Source: Candidatus Peribacteria bacterium
GTDB taxonomy: Bacteria > Patescibacteriota > Gracilibacteria > Peribacterales > Peribacteraceae
Assembly: GCA_016866875.1 (NCBI GenBank)
Contig: VGKY01000002.1
Location: 31,688-95,687 of the forward strand
Direction: 5' to 3'
Length of the DNA stretch: 64,000 nucleotides
The position numbers were made by a program, and so were the translations under genes. The notes below the pieces were generated by a model that saw nothing but the letters and a program-made list of their open reading frames with translations, was not told where the DNA came from and made no database searches. Shown one piece after another: positions 9,500 through 18,350 of this stretch (position 1 is the first letter of the stretch; every line of letters starts with the position of its first letter).

Positions 9500-9791
9500 C
9501 CATCGCACGCTTCTACGTGGGCGTTTAATTGCGCACCAAGAATGGTGTATTAAACGCACGAAGAATCGTGCGCTGGGGGGCGAAAAACACACCCCACGTA
9601 TGTTTCCCCGTGCCCGCCGCATCCATAATGTTTGTTACAAATCCAGCGTACGTTTCTACGTGCGCGTCCCATCCATATATTGGGGGGCGGGAAAACGCAT
9701 CCACGTAACCCAGCGTACGTTTCTACGTGCGCGTCCCACAATGTTTGAACCCGTGTTCCAAAAATCCAGCGCACGATTCTTCGTGCGCTGG
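9500..9791. repeat. REP array, right of RAYT
   Basis: Core copies at 9643-9666 and 9710-9733. Degenerate copies at 9500-9523 and 9592-9615. Variant copies at 9554-9576 and a fully palindromic CCAGCGCACGA-TTCT-TCGTGCGCTGG at 9766-9791. The composite unit 9550-9617 is a direct repeat of 8843-8910. Confidence 0.9.
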
Positions 9792-9821
9792 AGATGGACT
9801 ACGCAGTAGTCATGCGATCAC

Positions 9822-12041
9822 CTACGGATTCTTCGTTTCCCAGTTCAGGGTGATGAACCCAGCGTTTGCCTGTCCTGAACTGTTGGCCGCGAGCTTCACG
9901 AGGATAGTGATGAAACCGCCCGGTGTGTACGTACCTGCACCCTGCGGTCCGGTAATGTTCGCCGTCGTGAAGGACGTATTGGCAAGGGTTGCGCCACCCG
10001 TGAGAGCAACGGCAGCACCTGTCGTGTCGAGCAGCTTCACGGTGATGTGGTTTTGGCTCGTGGTACCCGTCTTCGTACGGTAGCGAAGCTGCAGTGCTTT
10101 TACCGGATCCCAACGGACGAAGTTATCCGGAATCCGCACGCGCGTCGAGACCCAGTAGTCCTGGATGGCGCTCTTCGTGGATGACCACTGGTAGGTATTC
10201 TCGAATCCAGAGTTCAGACCTCCAGAACCCACAAGCTGACCGATGTATGTAGAACCAGATTGGTAGTAGATGGCATTCGGGTACTCCGGATGGATGGAGA
10301 GGATATCGCCGCTTCCCTCGTTAATGCCCGTAGACCAGCTCAGCACCCCTGCCCCATTTGTCCTCAGAACGGCGCCGGATACGCCGGCGTTGCCCGGAAA
10401 GGTCATGGCCTGGCCGCGGATGGTGATCGTCCCATCAACCGTGAGCGTGGAGCCCGAGAGATACCCGGTGGCCTTCACGTCGTCATCAAAGACGAATCGC
10501 GGATTGGCGTCGTTACTGAACGTCAGGGATGCCGTATCCGCATCGTTGCCGAAGGTCAGGACGGCGGCGGAATCGCCGTTGTCCTCGTTGATTGTAAGAT
10601 CAGCATCTGTCGTAATGTTCCCCGTCGTGTTGACCGTTCCCGTGACATCAAGGTCATCGCTGAAGGAAAAGTTGTTCGTCGTGTCGTTGAAGCGAATCGT
10701 CTCGACTCCACCGTCGTTACCGAAGGTGAGGATGGCATCCGCTCCCGTGTTATCCTCGTTGATCGTGAAGTTGCCGTCACCGGAAACCGTACCCGTTGCA
10801 TCAACGTTCCCCGTGACGTCAATGTCGTCGCTAATCGCAAAGTTATTGGTCGTGTCGTTGAAGCGCAGGGTCTCCGCGCCTCCATCATTGCCGAAGGTCA
10901 ATATGGCATCCGCACCACCGTTGTCACTGTTGATCGTCAGGTTGGTTTTGATGGACGCAGACCCGTCCAAGATCAAGGAACCCGAGGACTGGATCTTGTC
11001 ATTGGCATGCAAGATGCGACCGGAAGCGGTTCCAAGAATTTCCAAAGCAGTTCCGGAGAAACTCGGACTGAGGCTAAAGACTGTGCTCGTAAGCGTTAGT
11101 CCCTGACCCGCACTGTAGGTCGTGCCACTATCCGTTCCACAGACGAAGCGTTGCGTGGTTGCGTCCCATGTGAGTTTGCCCGTTGTGGAATCACAGGTGG
11201 AGACGAGTCCTGGTCCCTTGAACTGCGAAACCCACAAGCTTGCGCCGGAGGCAGCGCCTTCCCACACGAGTGTGCCGGAAGATGAGAGGCCGGTCGAAGC
11301 GTGAATGCTTCCCACCGTATCCAATTCATATGCAGGAGCAGCAGTTCCGATACCGACGCGATTGGCTGTGGCATCGATGCTGAGCGTATTGGAGTCAAAG
11401 TTGATACCGTTGACACCTCCAGTGAGAGCGACCGACGTATCGTTGGCAAACGTCCACGTAGAGCTGTTCACGGTTACGGCATCACCACCGGCATCACCGA
11501 TGGTCAGCGTACCGCCATCGAACTGCGCATTGCCATCAACCTCGAGGGTGTTTTGTACGTAGACATCATCGCTGAAATCAAAGCGGCCGGCAGAGTTACT
11601 GAAGGTTAGAGTCTCATTCGTTGATGGTTGTCCGAACGTGAGCACGGCATCCGCTGCCGTCTGATCGCTGTTGATCGTGAGATTGGCCTTTGTGGAGATG
11701 GCACCATCGGCAATGATCGTGCCCGTTGCCGTGAGGTTCCCTTGCACATGCACGTCGTCGGTAAACTCGAATCGACTCGTCTCGTAGTCCCAGAAGATCT
11801 TTTCATTGAGCGTACCGCCGAACCGGAGTTCGATGTCCGTCGTAGAGTCCCCATCATCGATCGTCTGGAAGGATTCTGTATTCACCAGGAGTCCCGGACT
11901 CCACGAAGAGGCAGCGAGGGCAACAGGTGTATGAGAAAGTAAAAGCCCAAGCATCGCTGCGACAGACACTGCCTTCATTGCGGTATGTGTGTATGCGTGT
12001 TTCATGAAATCCCACCATTGTAGCGCAAAACGGACTCTCAT
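9822..12041 (-). CDS. giant secreted surface protein (paralog family; tandem about 45-aa beta-helix-like modules)
   Basis: Signal peptide ...LLLSHTPVALA. Same N-terminal block SSWSPGLLVNTESFQTIDD. Five or more modules ending xF(x)F(S/T)DD(V/I/L)xV(T/Q)G. Shares the SSGTLVWEGAASGASLWVSQFKGPGLV..C....W.ATTQRF.CG block with the 4844 gene and its C-terminal domain with the 12153 gene. Confidence 0.8.
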   Translation of the reverse strand: MRVRFALQWWDFMKHAYTHTAMKAVSVAAMLGLLLSHTPVALAASSWSPGLLVNTESFQTIDDGDSTTDIELRFGGTLNEKIFWDYETSRFEFTDDVHVQGNLTATGTIIADGAISTKANLTINSDQTAADAVLTFGQPSTNETLTFSNSAGRFDFSDDVYVQNTLEVDGNAQFDGGTLTIGDAGGDAVTVNSSTWTFANDTSVALTGGVNGINFDSNTLSIDATANRVGIGTAAPAYELDTVGSIHASTGLSSSGTLVWEGAASGASLWVSQFKGPGLVSTCDSTTGKLTWDATTQRFVCGTDSGTTYSAGQGLTLTSTVFSLSPSFSGTALEILGTASGRILHANDKIQSSGSLILDGSASIKTNLTINSDNGGADAILTFGNDGGAETLRFNDTTNNFAISDDIDVTGNVDATGTVSGDGNFTINEDNTGADAILTFGNDGGVETIRFNDTTNNFSFSDDLDVTGTVNTTGNITTDADLTINEDNGDSAAVLTFGNDADTASLTFSNDANPRFVFDDDVKATGYLSGSTLTVDGTITIRGQAMTFPGNAGVSGAVLRTNGAGVLSWSTGINEGSGDILSIHPEYPNAIYYQSGSTYIGQLVGSGGLNSGFENTYQWSSTKSAIQDYWVSTRVRIPDNFVRWDPVKALQLRYRTKTGTTSQNHITVKLLDTTGAAVALTGGATLANTSFTTANITGPQGAGTYTPGGFITILVKLAANSSGQANAGFITLNWETKNP

Positions 12042-12152
12042 CCAACGCGAAAGATATTGCTGTATTTGACAAATAATGCTTTGGTATATAAGCGCTCTTC
12101 ATCGCATCATGGAGCGGTTCTCTGCCGCAATTTTGCAAGATTTGTCAATACC

Positions 12153-14525
12153 CTACTGCAGGAGCTCGCGCATCTGCACCTTCATGCTGGCAAGATGCAC
12201 CTCCGCGTTGCTCTTAGCGGCCAATGTGAACTTGATGAGGATATCCTGCCCTGCAGTGAAGGTTGGCGCACCGGAGAACTCGACCTGCGTCGTGGCCCAC
12301 GATGTACTTGCAAGGCTCGTCGTGGATCCCGAGAGGGTAACCGCATTTCCCGCAGTATCGTAGACCGCGACACCCAGGGTATTGGCGCTCGTTGATCCAC
12401 TGCTCGTGCGGTACGTCACCTGCAAGGGATTATCCACCCACCCGACGAAATCGCTTCCGAGAGACACACGCACGTAGACATCGTAGTCCTGAAGGGTGCT
12501 TCTGGTGCTCGTCCACAGATAGTAATTGCGCTTGCTTGTCGCATCGTGACTCACGCTGAGCTGCCCGACGTTGTTGCTGCCGTCCGCTTTCAATGCCACA
12601 CGCGAAAATGCCGCGTGCAAAAAATCCTCTACGGTTCTCTCGCGATCATCGCTGCTCGTTACGCGGCGGTCGGAAACCGAAGTAATTGCGCCACCGGAGG
12701 TGACCACCTGAGCAAGGCGGATGACACTTTCGTCCGACGGGAATCCGATCGTCGAAACCGCGAGCCCGCCGGAACCGAAGAAGACGTAATTCGACGCATT
12801 GTTGCTCACTGTCGTCGAGCTGCCGCCGTAGTTGGTGACGGAGCCATTGAGCCTGTATGAGCCAGCATTGATGGTGATATTGAGTCCCGCGCCACTGCTG
12901 ACTTTAAGAGGCGCGTTCCCGGCAAGCGTCGTCAGGTTGATACCGTTGATGACGCCGGTCACGGTGAGGTCACCCTGGATTTGGACATCATCATTGAAGT
13001 TAAACCTTCCATTGGACCCATCGTACGAAAGCTGACGTGTGACGGAATTCCCAAACTGCAGTGCAGTTGTGCTATCCGAGCCGTCGCGGTCGATGACGAA
13101 GGTTCCCGAGTTGGTGCCGCCAGGAATGCGGGCAGGGTGAAAGACCCCCCCCGAACCGAGAATGGCAATGTTGCCGCTGCCGGTTCCAATATCGCGCTGG
13201 TCGAGCAAATCGGCGTTGAGCGCAAACGGGACGGAGCGCAACGGAGAGCGATCTGATGTAGTGCTCGAGGTATCGAAATCCAAAAGCTCGTAGCTCGTAT
13301 CTGCTGAGGATCCGGCCTTCACCTCGACCTGAAGGTACAGACTCAGCAGAGTCGCAGTACTCATGGAACTGAAGTTCGGGAGAGACGTCACAGAGCCCAT
13401 TTCCAGGGAGAAGTACCCTTGGCTATTGGGCGTCACGCTGTGCACCTCGTTCCATGACGCGTAGGTACTTGCGGCGGTGTTCACTGCTCCTGTACCTGTC
13501 ACATCGCCACTCACGTAGTCACCGGAGTTCCAGAAACTGAAGCGAACCTTCACAGCACTAGTCACGGCAGTCCCCGAGTTATCAAGCAGGTGACCGTTAT
13601 AGACGATGCGCTGCGGAGCAGTTGTCGCAGCTCGTACGGTGATACCGTGGAGCACCATCCCCGGAAGAATCAGCATGAGCGCTAAGAATTTTCCGACCCG
13701 ACGCTTGTGAGCATGTGTCGCCTTCCACACGCGCTTCTTTTTCTCTTGATCCATGAGCCACCCACCGAAGAAGAACCGGCGCAGTAGGCGGCGATTGGCT
13801 ATACATGTACCCAGAGAGCAACCCGAAGTCAGAGACGCGATGCCCGCTAAGGTCACGACAAAGAGTGAGGCGAAAACAAAACTGATTGCGGAAACGGTTG
13901 AATATCCAAAGATTCCAGTGGACGCGACAGGTTCCGGAGGAGCGGTATGAAATGCAGAGGCAATGGTGCTCGAGGATTGCACCGAGCGAATAGGAAACCT
14001 GCTCTTCTGGAACTCTGATGGTGACGCCGCCTGTACAGGAAGCATGAACTCGCTTGTCGGTAATGACTGTTTTGTGAAGAACTCCAAATTCGAGGGGCCA
14101 GGTTCCACGATAAGTTCTGGGGTTGACCACGTAGATCTGCTCTGCAGCGAAGACGAAGCTGACTCCTCAGGGAGTTCAAAGATCGGATCGCGGTCTTGCC
14201 CCCTCCTCCCTCCACCGCTACGCTCGCCACCACTCGTCCCATCCGACGTCCCTGCTACGGAAGCGCTACTCGATGAACTGCTACTCGTCGCGTGAGGCGC
14301 GAGTACAACCTGATAGCTCGTCGATATGCCGGGCAGAGCTCTCCACGTGACCGTGTCACTATTCATGGTGTAGCTCAGGGATACCATCGGGCCCGTTGCT
14401 ACAGCATTGCCCGGATCTGCGTAGAGCTTGTACGACGTACTCTCCGCAGCGATTCCCCCACTCGGAAGAGCCGTGGCAATGCAGACCGCAAGAGCGCCGA
14501 GGAGCAAGCGAAAATTGATGTGCAT
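12153..14525 (-). CDS. surface protein (paralog family), apparently a two-part ORF
   Basis: 790-aa ORF. The N-terminal 257 aa have their own signal peptide, a poly-Ser tract, then a TM segment plus an Arg-rich tail. A second Met (13754) is followed by a second signal-like segment, then GRFNFNDDVQIQGDLTVTG and the family C-terminal domain. Confidence 0.7.
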   Translation of the reverse strand: MHINFRLLLGALAVCIATALPSGGIAAESTSYKLYADPGNAVATGPMVSLSYTMNSDTVTWRALPGISTSYQVVLAPHATSSSSSSSASVAGTSDGTSGGERSGGGRRGQDRDPIFELPEESASSSLQSRSTWSTPELIVEPGPSNLEFFTKQSLPTSEFMLPVQAASPSEFQKSRFPIRSVQSSSTIASAFHTAPPEPVASTGIFGYSTVSAISFVFASLFVVTLAGIASLTSGCSLGTCIANRRLLRRFFFGGWLMDQEKKKRVWKATHAHKRRVGKFLALMLILPGMVLHGITVRAATTAPQRIVYNGHLLDNSGTAVTSAVKVRFSFWNSGDYVSGDVTGTGAVNTAASTYASWNEVHSVTPNSQGYFSLEMGSVTSLPNFSSMSTATLLSLYLQVEVKAGSSADTSYELLDFDTSSTTSDRSPLRSVPFALNADLLDQRDIGTGSGNIAILGSGGVFHPARIPGGTNSGTFVIDRDGSDSTTALQFGNSVTRQLSYDGSNGRFNFNDDVQIQGDLTVTGVINGINLTTLAGNAPLKVSSGAGLNITINAGSYRLNGSVTNYGGSSTTVSNNASNYVFFGSGGLAVSTIGFPSDESVIRLAQVVTSGGAITSVSDRRVTSSDDRERTVEDFLHAAFSRVALKADGSNNVGQLSVSHDATSKRNYYLWTSTRSTLQDYDVYVRVSLGSDFVGWVDNPLQVTYRTSSGSTSANTLGVAVYDTAGNAVTLSGSTTSLASTSWATTQVEFSGAPTFTAGQDILIKFTLAAKSNAEVHLASMKVQMRELLQ

Positions 14526-14631
14526 TTCGTACTATTTTAACATTTATTTGCTATTTTGTCCATATATGCTCCAATGAAAGATATAGGCCGAATTTGTAAT
14601 TCCATGGGTCGTTTGCTAGCATTCTGTTCTA

Positions 14632-15669
14632 ATGCGGAATTCCTTTTGGAAGTTTCAGGCGGGTTGTACGGTTCTTGCTCTCTCCTTCGGGCTTTTGTCT
14701 GCTAGAGCTCACGCGCAAACAGCATCGTTTACCGATCTTTCTCCGGATCACCCGGTATATGCAGCGGGCGAGTACCTGAAATCCAAAGGCATCATCTCCG
14801 GCTACAGCGACGGTTCGTTCAAGCCGGATAAAGGCGTGATCCGCGCTGAGGCCATCAAGATCATCGTTGCTCCTCTTTTGGACTCCGCTTCGCTGGCCCA
14901 GATCACCACATCTCCTTTTTCCGATGTGAAGCAGGGGGATTGGTTCCTTGGCTACGTCGAAGCGGCGCGCCAGAATGGCATCGTCGACGGGCCGCCGGAG
15001 AAAACGGCATTCAACGGAGGCAACCCCGTGCTCAAAGCGGAATTCTTCAAGATGCTCCAGCAAGCACACAGCGCGAAACCGCTCGAGACCTTGAGTGAGA
15101 TCCAGCTCCCGCTTGCGCCGGATGTCGGAAGTCCCAGCGACTGGTTCTACCCCTACATGCGCTACGCCATCGCCTCGTCGATGACCATGATCGGTGCGGA
15201 CGGCTTGCTCCGTCCCGATCGACCGCTTACCCGGGGCGACTGCGCTCTGATCCTCCACCGCTTCCTCATGTACAAGGAAGGGCGCAGGACGCAGGCGCTT
15301 CTTTCCGAAGCCGAAAGCGAAATCATCATCATCCTCGGAGCACTCGACAAAAACGACATCGTCACAGCGGAGCACGCTTCTGCACGTGGACTGCTCGCCG
15401 CTCGTGGCGCTCACCTCATCAAGCCCGACGAGCCGATTGTCCAGGGAGCACTGAAGACAGCCGAGGCCTTTCGCGCTCTCGTGCGTGCGTACCGCGCAGG
15501 GCTGAACAAGGATTATGAGCAGGTAACGAAGCTTGCGGGCGACGCCTGGAACCTCTCTACTCGCGCCAAGGAGCTCGCCCCAAACCTTGCGGGGATCTCT
15601 GATCAGGTCCAGAAGATCGCCAAGGGCATGGCCGACAGCGCTCGCACGCTCATGCAGACGCCCCAGTGA
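14632..15669 (+). CDS. S-layer homology (SLH) domain protein
   Basis: Signal peptide. Three SLH-type repeats: FTDLSPDHPVYAAGEYLKSKGIISGYSDGSFKPD, FSDVKQGDWFLGYVEAARQNGIVDG, DWFYPYMRYAIASSMTMIGADGLLRPDRPLTRGD. Confidence 0.75.
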   Translation: MRNSFWKFQAGCTVLALSFGLLSARAHAQTASFTDLSPDHPVYAAGEYLKSKGIISGYSDGSFKPDKGVIRAEAIKIIVAPLLDSASLAQITTSPFSDVKQGDWFLGYVEAARQNGIVDGPPEKTAFNGGNPVLKAEFFKMLQQAHSAKPLETLSEIQLPLAPDVGSPSDWFYPYMRYAIASSMTMIGADGLLRPDRPLTRGDCALILHRFLMYKEGRRTQALLSEAESEIIIILGALDKNDIVTAEHASARGLLAARGAHLIKPDEPIVQGALKTAEAFRALVRAYRAGLNKDYEQVTKLAGDAWNLSTRAKELAPNLAGISDQVQKIAKGMADSARTLMQTPQ

Positions 15670-15703
15670 AGACACGGAGATCGGCTTGCCCTATGCTTGC
15701 GGC

Positions 15704-16090
15704 ATGCGGTTTTTAGCTCATGTTATCTCCGGATCCGGAGTCGCTCGACAGCAGAATGTCCCAACGCTGAACCTTGCCCTAAACGATGTTCCAGAGTCTT
15801 TAGAGCAAGGCATTTACGCTTGCCGAGTGAGGTTCGAACAAGAGAGCCCGTCTAAGCCGGATGCTAGATGGGCGGGCGCAGTCATGCACCATGGTCCACG
15901 CTTCGTTCATAGACTGCCTGTATCCTGTGAGGTACACCTGATCGAACGCATGCCTCCGGAAACACCTGCAGTCCTGAACGTGGAGATCGTACAGCGCCTG
16001 CGCAACGTCCAGGATTTCAACACACCGCAGGAACTACAAGACGCAATTGAAGCCGATATCGCCGCCGCGCGTGCTATCCTCGGTGCATGA
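15704..16090 (+). CDS. riboflavin kinase (monofunctional flavokinase domain)
   Basis: GSGVARQQNVPTLNL fits the G-x-G..R..G-PT-N flavokinase motif. CEVHLI...LNVEIVQRLRNVQDFNTPQELQDAIEADI fits the C-terminal part. Overlaps the next gene by ATGA. Confidence 0.6.
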   Translation: MRFLAHVISGSGVARQQNVPTLNLALNDVPESLEQGIYACRVRFEQESPSKPDARWAGAVMHHGPRFVHRLPVSCEVHLIERMPPETPAVLNVEIVQRLRNVQDFNTPQELQDAIEADIAAARAILGA

Positions 16091-17319
16091 TCCCGTGGTT
16101 GAAGCAGGCAATCGGCCAGCGCAGCGCTTTACGGATGTCGTACCATGCCGCAAAAGCATTGCTGGCTGCCGCAGCCTACGGGTTTCCTGCGCGGAATCTC
16201 ACCGTCATCGGCCTCACAGGAACGGATGGTAAGACCACCACCTGCTCGATGATTCGTCATGTGCTTACGAAAGCCCATTACCGTGTAGGCCTTGCGTCCA
16301 CTGCTTTCTTTGACGACGGGACAGGGCTCCAGGCAAATCCCTCTCATCTCACATCCATCAGTCCGTTTGTGTTGCAGAAATTGCTGCGCACGATGATGCG
16401 CAACGGCTGCACCCATGCGATCCTCGAGTGCTCCAGTCACGGTCTCGTCCAGCACCGCCTCGACTGGACGTTTCCGAAGGTGGCCGCCATCACCAATACC
16501 GCACCGGAGCACCTCGACTACCACGGCACTATGGAACTGTACCGTAAGGACAAGGGCATCCTCTTTCGGATGCTGCATGGACGAGGAACGAAGGTGCTGA
16601 ATGGCAACGATGAAACCTTCGCGATGTACTGCCGTATCGCGTCGACTGTAACCTTAGACTGGAATTCGCCTGAGGCTCGAGAGAATGCCGCTGCACTTTC
16701 CCTGCAGATCCCGGGCGCATTCAATCGCGACAATGCGCTCTGTGCGATGAGTGTGTGTAGCGCTCTCGGGCTCGATGTGGAGGCGTGCAAGAAGGCTCTG
16801 GCAACATTTCCCGGGGTTCCGGGTCGCATGGAACGCATCGACGAGGGGCAGCCCTTCGCCGTGTTTGTGGATTTTGCCGTTTCACCGCAGTCCTATGAAA
16901 AGGCATTGCAGACCCTCAGAGAGATGGTCGGGGAATCCGGAAACGTCATCGTCCTGTGCTCAAGCTGCGGCAATCGCATGCGCGAGAAGCGACCGGAGAT
17001 CGGCAGGATCTGCTCTGTGCTAGCAGACATCGTCATAGCAACCGAGGATGAAACGTACGGAGAAGATCCGCACGCGGTTCTGGAGGAGCTCTGGGCCGGC
17101 ATCGACCAAGCTCAGTGCGAAGCACACAACATCTTCGACCGAAGGGAAGCGATCATCTTCGCTTTGAAAAGTGCAAAGCCCGGAGACGCCGTCGTTTTTT
17201 GCGGCATGGGCCCCTTCACGACGATGACGAAGCTTACAGGGAGAGTGCCGTGGGACGAGCGGGCGATCGTGCGGGAGGAATTGGCAGCCATGGGATATGC
17301 ATCCTCCCCTCTCCCATAG
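16087..17319 (+). CDS. Mur ligase family protein (MurE-like UDP-MurNAc-peptide ligase)
   Basis: P-loop GLTGTDGKTTT. Also AITNTAPEHLDYHG, NRDNALCA, GRMERI, and TEDETYGEDP at the position of the MurE DNPR block. Confidence 0.7.
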   Translation: MIPWLKQAIGQRSALRMSYHAAKALLAAAAYGFPARNLTVIGLTGTDGKTTTCSMIRHVLTKAHYRVGLASTAFFDDGTGLQANPSHLTSISPFVLQKLLRTMMRNGCTHAILECSSHGLVQHRLDWTFPKVAAITNTAPEHLDYHGTMELYRKDKGILFRMLHGRGTKVLNGNDETFAMYCRIASTVTLDWNSPEARENAAALSLQIPGAFNRDNALCAMSVCSALGLDVEACKKALATFPGVPGRMERIDEGQPFAVFVDFAVSPQSYEKALQTLREMVGESGNVIVLCSSCGNRMREKRPEIGRICSVLADIVIATEDETYGEDPHAVLEELWAGIDQAQCEAHNIFDRREAIIFALKSAKPGDAVVFCGMGPFTTMTKLTGRVPWDERAIVREELAAMGYASSPLP

Positions 17320-17339
17320 GGAGAGGGGGTCTGTGTGTG

Positions 17340-17722
17340 TAACACCACTGATTGCAGGGTCTCTAATTGTGCGAATGTCATTCTGTGTTTTCTATGGGTT
17401 TGCCATTTCTTTGGCGCAAAGAAATGGCAGAAAGAAACAGTGTCGCTATCGGGATGATGCCTATGCATATCAGCTCACGCAGCGGAAAATGCGAACTCCT
17501 CGCTCGTCCGCTTCGGCGGACTCACTCGTCAAACATGCGCATTTTCTTGCGCTGCGCTCACTGTATGCATGACGGCATCATCCCGGAAGCGACCAAACCC
17601 TGTTTGTATCGCACATATTCTTCTATCGCTTGCGAATCGCATTTCCCTCTCCTCCCAGAGAGCCTGCCTGCGGCAGACAGGCCTACCTGCCGGTAGGCAG
17701 GGGTTAGGGAGAGGGGTCGTAT
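17340..17722. repeat. intergenic stack of short palindromes
   Basis: 12-bp perfect stem GCCATTTCTTTG gcg CAAAGAAATGGC at 17402-17428. GTCCGC TTCG GCGGAC at 17506-17521. Nested CCCTCTCC...GGAGAGGG (17645-17715) encloses CTGCC tgc GGCAG and CCTGCC ggta GGCAGG. Confidence 0.8.
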
Positions 17723-17728
17723 AGCAAA

Positions 17729-17754
17729 CCGGCGTTCCCAAAGGGGAACGCCGG
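17729..17754 (-). terminator. intrinsic terminator candidate for the small minus-strand ORFs
   Basis: 11-bp stem CCGGCGTTCCC / GGGAACGCCGG with a 4-nt loop. On the minus strand it is followed by TTTGCT. Confidence 0.5.
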
Positions 17755-17907
17755 AAATCTTTCAATCCTCTCCTAAGCAGTCGCCCTGCTGGCGAAGTCG
17801 TCGTCGCTCACGCCTGGAATCATTGATCCGAATCCAAGCGATCACGATGATTCCCAGCAAGGCCGCGCCAATGCGGATTGCTAAATGAAGAACCAAAAAG
17901 TCGGGCA

Positions 17908-18132
17908 TCATGAATGCACCTCCCATTCTTTCTTCATTCGCGCATCATCGCGCTTCCACTTCCGGTCGAGTGACCAGAGATAGAGCGCTACCGCCAAGAG
18001 AAAGAAAGCGTAGAGTGACGCCAGCACCGGGAAAAATCCCAGAAAGTCCAGCATCCACTCAACGCAATCATCCTCGGGTGGTCGGTTGTGAAACAAACCG
18101 TTCCACCACTGACACCACGTTGAAGGTTTCAT
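17908..18132 (-). CDS. small membrane protein (hypothetical)
   Basis: 74-aa ORF with one clear TM (FLGFFPVLASLYAFFLLAVALYLW). Its stop overlaps (ATGA) the start of a 47-aa second TM ORF at 17765..17908. Confidence 0.35.
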   Translation of the reverse strand: MKPSTWCQWWNGLFHNRPPEDDCVEWMLDFLGFFPVLASLYAFFLLAVALYLWSLDRKWKRDDARMKKEWEVHS

Positions 18133-18350
18133 ACCTTCCTCCTCCTCCTTGAAAGACAGCTACGTCCCCAGACAAGCGGCTCTGCCGCTAAAAGATCTGG
18201 AGACAGTCGCTGCCTCATGCGTATGATGTGAAGGAGCTGGGTATTAGTACTATTTTATAACTATTACATATTTTGTCAAATAGTGGATTTACGGCTCTTT
18301 GTGGGCATTTGTACACTTGAACGTTCAACTTCATCAGGATAGTACAAGGG

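Larger units (their letters stand above)
8485..9821. mobile_element. REPtron (RAYT gene plus flanking REP arrays)
   Basis: The whole convergent intergenic gap between the methyltransferase stop and the stop of the 9822..12041 gene is occupied by one Y1-transposase gene and hairpin repeats. Confidence 0.75.

Noticed and set aside
8487-9810. Possible CRISPR array, and the many 60-160-aa ORFs across it (for example 8487..8705, 8551..8799, 9330..9809) with recurring AHVETYAG / RARRNVRW peptides
   Set aside because: Repeat spacing is irregular. The apparent spacers are themselves repeated. The repeats are hairpins typical of REPs. No cas genes are nearby. The ORFs are just translations of the repeat units on both strands.
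5159-11290. An invertible segment between the inverted, similar two-Cys blocks of the 4844 and 9822 genes
   Set aside because: Identity is only about 80-85 percent by eye, with identical runs of about 10-12 nt. That is too short and divergent to argue for site-specific or homologous inversion without further evidence.
4844-14525. Canonical LPXTG plus C-terminal TM and basic tail in the giant surface proteins as substrates of the two sortases; also a diversity-generating retroelement acting on them
   Set aside because: None of the three C-termini has such a signal. The only sorting-signal-like segment is internal, at 13700-13900. No reverse transcriptase gene or template/variable repeat pair is present in the window.
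14629-15675. 348-aa ORF antisense to the SLH protein gene
   Set aside because: The plus-strand product has a signal peptide and three recognisable SLH repeats. The antisense product has no motif and an Arg-rich composition.
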